Shown here piece by piece: positions 55,047 through 64,000 of a DNA stretch of 64,000 bases. Source of the stretch: Trichoplax sp. H2 (lineage: Eukaryota); the NCBI GenBank assembly GCA_003344405.1, contig NOWV01000248.1, forward strand, positions 1 to 64,000, written 5' to 3'. The notes under the pieces were generated by a model. The model saw nothing but the letters and a program-made list of their open reading frames with translations. It was not told the origin of the DNA and searched no databases. The first letter of the stretch is position 1. Every line of letters begins with the position of its first letter. A program made the position numbers and the translations under genes.

Positions 55047-56192
55047 GTAACCTGCTTCGTTAATTGATGAAGCAAAAACAATCGTGATGACTACTTTGCC
55101 ATATTATTAAGAGTTCAGTTAAAACACTGATTCTCCAAAGTAAAAACTTCCAACTTTTATAAATCTTAAGTCTCATTACTGTTAATTTCGACATATGTCA
55201 GGTTGGTTTCAGAAGCATTTTAAGAGTAATATTCGCACTTGAGTCATGAAGGTATGAAACAGTTAAGACGACTGGCTAAATTCTATTAAAGATTTTCGAT
55301 TACATAACAAAACTTTAAAGTATAAGAGAGCATACTTCGTTTCAATAGTCGAATATTAGAATATTATTATAGACCAATACATGTGTTTACAGTTATATGA
55401 GGATATAATTAGCATTGTTAACCTAAAGACATTAAGTTAGTATGTATTGCTATGATAAATGTAACTACATATTAGATACTACAGGCATTAATAATTCTTG
55501 ATTTAGAGAAGAAGTAAGGCGAAATTATAATTCTTCACGAGCATATATTTACGTATTTATCAATTTCATGCAGCATAAATTAAGGCTTGTATAATCGATA
55601 ATAACTTATTATATGCAGATTGTATTCTATGCTATAAGAACTCTTTAAGAAGTAAAGCCAGTTCTACGATTTTTGAGTCCAAATAATTTTTGTGATACCA
55701 GATAGCGACTTCTGCGTAATAATCACTCAGTATGACTCAAGAATATGTTGAAGCCTTGTCAGGGCAAATTGATGAGAAATTACTAAAAATTCAATCAAAA
55801 TCTGTAAAATGAATCAATTCCGCGTAGGTGTTTATAATTTGAAGAATACGGTAAGGAAGGAATTTATTATTTATAAGGTTATGGTGCAATAAATAATGAT
55901 ATAATAAGAAATTCTTTAAGACTTATTTGCAAACAAAACATGACTGCATCAAGCTACTATTAAACTTTAGGTAAGTGATTACTTGGACGTGATTTTCGAT
56001 TCAAGTATCATTTTATAATATTCAATATTATAAGCAAAAATATCTAATTGCAACTTTAAAGAATTAAATTATTGAGAACTTGCTTATTATCAATGACCTC
56101 CAATTAAATATGCTGTTCAATAAGGTAAACGAGTGATCGAAAAAATTAAGTTTTAGTCGGTCCCTCGAGAGCTCAAATTTTTTTCCTTTGCG

Positions 56193-57131
56193 TCATCTAT
56201 TAGATTTCAGTTTAAATACGGTATTACAGGGGCAGTTTGCAAAATGACCGACTTTGCATACGGTCACGTTCATATATACTAGCAGATTATATAACTTTTG
56301 GTATTTAAAATATTTAGCTGACTTGTGACTATGCCGTCGCAATTTGACTTTCTGCAGATACATGTTACTTAATAAAGAGTAATTTTTAGCCCAAGACCAT
56401 TTCTGATATTGGATACCCATAATTATTGTGTCCTCTGTAGCTTTATCGCTAGCAGCTAACCAGCTTTTTAAATAATGCATTTTTTTCATGGCATATTCTG
56501 GATAGGATTGCCCTTCCTTTTTTCTTAATCCAAAGAATTTCTTCGCATATGTATCAGGAGAAATTATATATGCTTGAAGTAAGGTTTCTTTAACAAACTC
56601 GAAATCTTCTTGTTCATTAAGAGTTAAATCTCTGTAGGCTTCAAGCGCTGGACCAATTAATACGGGCCCCCACACGTGCACCCCACTCTTCTTTTGGCCA
56701 TCGATTTACCGTTGCCGTTTTCTCAAAAATGGCAAGCCAGGCATCAAGCTCCTCGTCCTCTGTGAGCCTTGGTACCTTAATTTCTTTCGGCCTCCGATGA
56801 CCTTGGTTCTATGCCAAATACTGCTGCGTGACGACCAATTGTCTAAGGAGTTCCTCGAGGGTTCGTCTTTCTCTAAGCGACCCTTCTGGTTCATGTGAAT
56901 CAGATTGAGGAATTTCTCCTCCGACAGCCCCTTCGGCGTCTTCTTGTTCCTTTTTGCGATTTTCCTAATCAATATTGCTGGTTTAGAGTTTCCAACATTA
57001 ATTCCTAAACGTTTCGCAACTGTCTTCAATTCATCAACTGATAGGTTTTCAAATTCTTCGAACCTTCTATCTTCCTCATCAGTATTTGCATGAATTGTAC
57101 TGGAGCGTGGCGTAGCTTCAGTCATCTTCAA
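56193..57131 (-). pseudogene. gag: Frameshifted retrotransposon gag
   Basis: Three frames join to give LSVDELKTVAKRLGINV... / KVPRLTEDEELDAWLAIFEKTATVNRWPKEEWG / LIGPALEAYRDLTLNEQEDFEFVKETLLQAYIISPDTYAKKFFGLRKKEGQSYPEYA...WL, the pattern of SCAN-related Gmr1-like gag capsids. Degenerate zinc-knuckle remnant VCKVGHFANCP. Confidence 0.8.
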
Positions 57132-57202
57132 ATTGTTCTTTTTCGAACGTCAACTTTTGTAATTTCTCTTTCATAAAGTTTTCTTCTAGGCACTGGGTTT
57201 TC

Positions 57203-57225
57203 TTCGAATCCCACCGCTGCCACCA
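57203..57225 (-). promoter_or_regulatory. Primer-binding site complementary to tRNA-Leu 3' end
   Basis: Plus strand reads ttcgaatcccaccgctgccacca, the 3' end of eukaryotic tRNA-Leu including CCA, 2 nt from the LTR end. Confidence 0.85.
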
Positions 57226-58240
57226 ATTGTCACAAACCGGAATTGTTTGTGGTAAGGAAACGCAAGATAAAAGTCCTTAAGCAAGCTTATGACTTAAACG
57301 CCCTTCTATTTTACGTAAAGACGACTTACGAACTGGAGAACTACAACAACTAGAGCCTTTTGCGCAGCGCACTTACTTTTATAAGGCTCGATGATAATCG
57401 AACATAACAATAACAAAAATAACTTCGATACCTCATTACACATGATTACGACTAAGAGATAGCATGAGATTATTCTATTAAATCGTAGTAATCATTATTA
57501 CATATTACCGATACTGTCAAACAATCCATTTAACATAACATGGTCATATATCGACAATAATTAGTAAACAACATCAAGTTATCATCAGTTCTACCATATT
57601 AGCTAAGATTACGTAAATCTATTCAAATGGTGAGATAACACCGTAACAGGAAAATAGCCGTTTCGCATTGATGATTAGCTTATAGTATGGTATCATACTA
57701 TAATAAGAAAAATAAACTTAATAAAAAATCAATGGATTATTTCATAAAGATAGTAGTCCACAATCTAAAGAGCTAAATAGTACTTACATCAAAAGTTCGT
57801 AGCAACACTTATCCTAGCGAGCTGGTTGATGTCAATCAAAGTAAAATAATTTTTATTAGCAAATAATCTGATTTCAAAGTTAGAGTTTAAAAACTGATCT
57901 GTTAACGAATTATTCAAATTCGGCTGTATGTATTTAATCAATGAAGGAGTTACATTCTATCAGTAGCTACTCTACAAATTCTCACCCACATTGTACACCC
58001 TTACTTTAGCACCAGCCCTATTTTACACAAATCCTTTTGCTCAACAAAATCTTCATATACCAAAAGGGATTTACAGTAAAGAGAAATTTATTGTTAACTA
58101 GTCCCTGATGCTAAGTCTCTCACAGATTTACTTATTGACTTTATCATAAGTAACGAATCAAGATATTAAAGTATAGATAGCTTTGAATCTAATATTAGCA
58201 TTAAATCTAGCTAATGACGTAATATATTACTACTTTACAG

Positions 58241-59249
58241 ACGCTCAACACGTTTATACTTGTGTTGTATGGTACCAGCATCTATCCAGACTTGTTATCC
58301 ATTGCGGAAATACGATGGCCTATCGACATGTGATGGATTATTATCTCATGTAACACTGCAAATGTATATTTGGTTAGTTGGTTGTATCGCTTTTATTGGT
58401 AACATTGCCGTCTTTACTTTACATATTAAAAATATAAAAACAAAGAAGAATCCTGTTCCAATATTTCTAATCGCAAATTTAGCTATTTCTGACTTTATTG
58501 TTGCTAACTATTTGTTAATTATTGCTATTGGTGATCGTTTCTATAGTCATTATAATTTCGCTGTCGAATCTGAACACTGGCTACGTAGTATACCATGTTT
58601 ACTTGCTTGTTTTATATGTTGTGCAGCAAGCCTAATGTCGGTCTTTATGATGCTAATTATTAGTATCGATCGATATGTTTGCATCGTTTATCCTTTCTCT
58701 GAACGAAAATTAACAGTTAAATCGGCGTTCTTATTGGTTGCATGTTGTTGGCTATTTTCAATTATCTTTGTTGGTATTCCAGTTATGTATAGCGTTGGCG
58801 CTGATGGAGATAATCGATTACATGGATACAGTAGTATATGTATGGCTAGTAATGTTTCTAATCCATACTTTAAATGGTGGATTACAGCATTTACACTTAT
58901 TACAATTATCTGTTGGATTATTACATGTATTCTATACGGTAAAATGCTAAGTTCTATTCGTCAATCAAGTCGTAATGTACGCAAAAGTAAAAGTATCAGT
59001 AAAGATAAGCGTATAGCCATACGTCTATTCTTAATATTAGTCACCGATTTAATCAGTTGGATTCCTTATTACATTGTATTTATGCATGTTTTATCTACAT
59101 CGCATTCGGTTGATATGATAGCTTTGCAATTTACCATTATATTTGCTTTACCAATCAATTCTGCGGTGAATCCATGCTTGTATACACTTTCGAGTCAATC
59201 CCTTATCAATAAGATTAATAGAATTGGTGGTGCTTTTCGAGGGGCATAG
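58241..59249 (+). CDS. Third LGR 7TM exon with no LRR exons of its own; C-tail truncated (possible pseudogene or alternative terminal exon)
   Basis: Intact acceptor tactttacag, same phase as the other 7TM exons. Uninterrupted 7TM frame (RSTRLYLCCMVP...SIDRY...LPINSAVNPCLYT), 47/60 identical to gene 2 over the first 60 aa. TAG TAG at 59247-59252, then the paralogous tail continues open to TAG at 59412-59414. Confidence 0.75.
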
Positions 59250-60111
59250 TAGTTGATACGAAACAGTATGCAATCCTCTGAAGATCTAAGCGATTTATCG
59301 GCTAACAATAGTAAAATGGAACTCCATACGAAAATAAAGGATATATTCCGTAGATACTCGTATAACACAAGGACTAACATTAATATCGGAAGAAATATGT
59401 CGTCAAAAGTATAGAATAGCTTATTGAATTTAATGCTTTCGTTAATATATTACCTAGTTGCTTGATCTTTACGAAGCTAAGAACATACTTAAGGCTACGT
59501 TCAGGCTATAACATTGCCTGTTACGATTTTTCTTTGAACTTATTCCTATGATCATTATTAATAATACGATAAGTATAGTAGTGCAAGTTGTCGATGTAAA
59601 ATTATAAATTAATTTATCGTACTGATTTCACGAAGTCTCCAGCCGTTTAAGTTTAAATTCGTAATACTTATATAAGGATGTCAAGTTGCAAATATATCAT
59701 GAGTCGTGGTATAGATCAAGTATTTGTGTTGTAGTAGACTTCTGCCTATGTAGGTTAGGTTGACCAAACTTTTATTATTGACTTGGAATTACGAATGTTG
59801 TTCGTTAGTAACTAGTTTTAAAGTTCTCATGAGTAAATAGCGTTGGTCGTATTAGTCGGAATAAAGTAGAAGTATCTCGTCATGGTGAAGTTTGCCTGTG
59901 TGACTGCAGTCTAAAGGGGTAGGTTCTAGGCCGAAACTAAAATACGCGTAGTAGTTGGTAAAAGCAACTTAGAAGAGTACAATACTTCTCTTCATCCTTT
60001 GTCAGGAGAGTAGTCCGTGGCAATGGAATATATTTTTGTTCCTAGGTTATACATAGTACAATTTCTTATAATCAAAAGATACGCTTACTTCTCAATCAAC
60101 TCGTCCATACA

Positions 60112-60500
60112 AGTAATAGACTTTGTAATTTCGTTGAAATTCATTTCTTTACGATAATATCTTGCCTAATAATCATAAGCAAGATAGTTTAAATTCAGAG
60201 TATTTATGTATGAAATGTAAGTTTTTTCCCTTAGTTGTACAATCCATTACAATCCGATAGAATATGCTTACTCCCAAGACAAGATGTATATTCAATTGAT
60301 AGATATTATATCTACCCTGGTATCCAGTTCCCTAACATTTTGCCTAATAATCATCAATAAGATAGTTTGAATTCGGAGTATTCGTGTATGGAATGTAACT
60401 TTGTTCCTTATTTGTGCTATTTATAACAATAAGACAAGATATCCCAGCTTCCAGATGTGCAATAGTAGAAGTTTGTAATTTCGTTGATATTTAATTCTTT
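60112..60500 (+). repeat. Diverged local direct repeats (~180-bp spacing)
   Basis: ttgcctaataatcat...aagatagttt.aattc.gagtatt..tgtatg.aatgtaa at ~60162 and ~60340; tttgtaatttcgttga at ~60122 and ~60472. Confidence 0.65.
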
Positions 60501-61208
60501 AAGTTCAGCATAACATCTTACATAAGGCAAGCACTACAGAAATAATAGTGTAATCTCATATCAACACCATTCTAATGCCTGGCCATACATATCAACATAA
60601 ATTGCGATATGCTAGAAGCAAGTAGACAAGCAATTGCTTCAATAGTAATGGTCTAGTAAGATAGCTGTACTATGCAATCAATCAGGATGAGAGTATTTCT
60701 ACTTATTCACTCTCACTTTAACTGTAATCAAGGCAAAGTTCTTTCTATTTATGTGCATGCTATTAATTCGATCAATGTTATCATTTTGACTACAGCTTCA
60801 TCATTTGTGAGCTTCTAACTAGTTTTAGGCTTATGTGAGTAGTTCAGTATATTTTTGCATGAGTTCTTATATACAAGTGCTACTTCTGAAAAGTAGACTA
60901 ATAAAGAATTGATCATTCTAATTGCAAGTAATCTATCACCTTTCATCCCTAGATCTACGTTTAAAGGATAGATATTCCAAAGTATTTATGCCAAAGTAAT
61001 GAATGAGATTACTGAAGTAGCTAGTTAATGATCACTAAATATTCTGGTAGTTAATTGCGAGCGATGATTAAAATATCAAATGTAACATCAACACAGTGCA
61101 CCATAACACTAACGGTATATTTGTGAATCCTGTATGATACTTATATTTATTTATGATTACTATACGATATTTTTAAATCTTTGCGCACAATTTTACGCTA
61201 CGATAAAG

Positions 61209-61280
61209 ATATTTGGGTCGAAACAATATTAAAATACCAAAAGATACTTGTTTTCAAGGATTAAGTAAACGATATTTGAT
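61209..61280 (+). pseudogene. Orphan LRR exon, paralogue of gene 2 exon 49271-49342
   Basis: YLGRNNIKIPKDTCFQGLSKRYL versus YLDRNNINTLKETCFQGLNKLYS; ag/gt boundaries retained. Flanking intron sequence ~60530-61550 resembles ~48775-49500. No neighbouring LRR exons seen. Confidence 0.7.
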
Positions 61281-62612
61281 GTGAATGTAACGAGTAAAGC
61301 AAACAATCTATTTCAATTGGTCTTGGTACAGTTAAGTATGTCGTGACGCTAATCAGTTTATCAGCTAATTAACTAAACTAAGCCTAACTATGCATTATAG
61401 TATCCTATCAATGCACTACAAGATAATGAGGTATAATGGAGATTAACCGCTGTATATTTAATACTTTGACTTGTGTTAGAAATTTTACAAGCCTTCAAGG
61501 AAAAGCTATACCATATGCAGCAAAAGAGACATTCTATCGCGTACCAGAGTGTAGTGTATGGGTTCTTAATGCTAGGCTCACAATCTGATAACTTAAAATT
61601 TGAGGTGTTTAATAGAGTAAATCTTTAATGTGATACATATAGTCAGCACTATTTTATTGACTTTCAGATTAATGTTTATTGTATCTGTTTGTCGGAGAAG
61701 AATTCCAAATTTCTTCCCCTTATAGGAGCCGCCGAAAGAGGCTAAGACAAATCAAATACATGACTTAGCCTTTACGATAACAATTCCATCAGCTCATATA
61801 AATTGCAATCGAATATTCCTGGTCATCGAAGTCATCAATCGCATTATGACATTGCTTTATAACAGCACTTAATATGGCAATCAGCTGCGGCCTTGTATAA
61901 CGCATAGTGCATGTGAACCGCTTCATCATTCTAGCCATAATTAATTAACACTTACTTTACTAAGATATACAGTTCTACATTATATACTGTACTATCACTG
62001 TATTTTCATAACACATAACTACTGCAATTAGCTGAAATCATTGCACTGGTCGACTTAATGAAACTTAGACACGAAATAAAAACTGGGAAAACAACCGAAT
62101 AAGAATTTATTTTAAACGTGAGAGAGATATGCTGTAGAGTAAATAATCTTTCAGATACGTAATTATAAGTATCATAAGGAAAAAATAAGAAAAAGACGAC
62201 AGACTTAAAACTGTCAACCACCAAACAACATTACAAAAAGAACAACGCTTTCACTTACTACAGTTCGACCCGAAGGTCTTTAAAATTTAACGAGGTCTTC
62301 AAAGGAATCTTCTCCCGTCTTTCTCTCTAAATTTTCTAATTGCATCATCTTTTATTTTCTAAAAATTGCATAATCACTTATCAAAATATTTTATGCGACG
62401 GCTATAACTTTTCTGACTTTGTATTGACAGTTGCTGTTTTAGTACGAAGTTGTACAGTAACCATGTTACCGCATTTATTCAAAAATTTGTCATTTACAAA
62501 ATCACTTGGCATTTTGTAAAATGACGTTAACAACCATACGATAGTACCATACACTACAGTACCTTGCCATCAAGCTATAAAACCCCTTACTTTAATAAAA
62601 AGGGTATGCTAT

Positions 62613-63180
62613 TGTGATATATACCAATCACGAAATTTCCAAATTTTAGAAAAATAAGGGCTTTATTGAATCTTATACAAAGATTAACTACACACAGCTC
62701 CACTTTAGCCGAATGCTACTACTAAAGACTTCTAGAACGAGCTAACAGAGTAATCTAAAGTTGCATGCTTTTATACTTTCCGTAGCATTCGCAGTTACAA
62801 TCCGCAAGGCAACCTTTTACCTTATTTTATACATAGTTAAATTATTCTTAGTAAGACTATTCTACTGCGGACCATCATTAATCCAATATGGATACGACTA
62901 CAGTATTTAAGTAGACATTATTCACACCAGCCAAAGTACAATCAATTAACCATATCCTAATATCTGATTTACAGTTCTATTTTTACCTATAGCCTTATTA
63001 GTAACTTAACACTTTACTGTATATACTGTAGTAGTCATCTGTAGTTCTGTACTCTAGCATAGAGTCTATACCACTACAGTCTATAGTTATAGCTACCAAA
63101 TATCTCTTAGGATAAATATCTACCGTACATTATACTAAACATGGCTAACAGTCTACAATCAAAATACTAGTTACATTACA
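62613..63180. mobile_element. Solo LTR family D (inverted relative to 29466-30016)
   Basis: TGTGATA...CATTACA, TSD GCTAT. Confidence 0.85.
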
Positions 63181-64000
63181 GCTATAGATTCAAAATCATT
63201 TATAATCTCAATAGACTATCAAAGGCTCTTTCTTTAGATTAGGTGATTGCTCCTAGATCACTTCTATAGTAATACATACACATAAAACCTTGTAAAATAG
63301 TAAAGAAGAAAAGATGGCAACATCGTGACTTGGCAGGGTAAAACTTAAAAATACGTTTCACTTTCTATGTATTTTCTATAGTAAAGTAACAGTAGCTTCA
63401 TACTAAAAGCTATAAAGACTTCGCTTTTAGTCCTTTACTGCAAATGAATTTAATTTCAATTGTTTAGGCCAATTTCGTGTGCATATAAAATAATCATAAG
63501 ATCACTGTCAGATCTGTATACTTTTGTATATTGTTCTTTACCAAGTACGGTACCGTACTAAATTTTGAACATTAATTTGTTTTATATAGAAGATTCTAGC
63601 CTTTAGCCATGAATTGAAGGGCTAAGGAGCTTGTAGTAACCACACGTTATAACCCATACAGATATTTGCCCTTAAACAAACGTAAATGATCTGTACTAGT
63701 AATTGCTATTCGATAATTAAAATCTATCCATGGTTGGCCCGATCCGGTAAGTGATAACTTTAACATATTCATCGATTATAGAATTACAGAATCTAAGCAG
63801 TTTACAATTATAATTATTGAAGTAATTTCTTGCAATACATTATGATATTATCGAAGCATACGTTATTAAGAATTTCTGATAACGTAAAATAAGTAGTTTT
63901 CCAAGCACGAGTTTCTATGTAATTATCACTAAATTCAATAGTTAAAAACAGATGAAAAAAATTGAACGTAGAACAAGAACAATTCGTTAATGTTTAGAGA

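Larger units (their letters stand above)
56193..57648 (-). mobile_element. Truncated Ty3/Gypsy (Gmr1-like) LTR retrotransposon: 5' LTR, PBS, gag relic
   Basis: On the minus strand: LTR TGTTACGG...TGTGACA (57648-57228), 2-nt spacer, PBS, then gag fragments. No pol or 3' LTR visible. Confidence 0.85.

Noticed and set aside
57203..57225. Possible tRNA-Leu gene
   Set aside because: Only the 3' 23 nt including CCA are present, adjacent to an LTR. It is a primer-binding site, not a gene.
2450..62224. Short ORFs of 60-91 aa in the supplied track (e.g. 2450-2656, 6744-6974, 9182-9367, 21955-22191, 29681-29869, 42611-42886, 62006-62224)
   Set aside because: No recognisable motifs. They fall in introns or LTRs, are antisense or off-frame to real exons, or merely overlap a single LRR exon (11318-11500). 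Expected by chance.

Overview
AT-rich, intron-dense eukaryotic (animal) DNA. A placozoan-like origin is inferred only from base composition, compact introns and gene type. The window is a + strand tandem array of very large leucine-rich-repeat G-protein-coupled receptors (LGR; 7TM of the relaxin-receptor/GRL101 'type C' kind). Each LRR is encoded by its own ~72-bp phase-2 exon, and the whole 7TM is in one terminal exon. Gene 1 (5' end outside the window) shows 36 LRR exons plus a 7TM exon ending at 18362. Gene 2 appears complete (26690-51869): signal-peptide exon, LRRNT exon, 44 LRR exons and 7TM exon, about 1550 aa, with no LDLa module seen. A third 7TM exon (58241-59249) has no LRR exons of its own and is cut by tandem TAG TAG stops in its cytoplasmic tail. 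An orphan LRR exon lies downstream of it (61209-61280). Introns and spacers carry many solo LTRs of several families, most with 5-bp target-site duplications. One truncated Gypsy/Gmr1-like element keeps a 5' LTR, a tRNA-Leu primer-binding site and a frameshifted gag. A 20-N gap appears to join two haplotypes that differ by an LTR insertion. All exon calls were read by eye from splice signals and translation; no database search was run.
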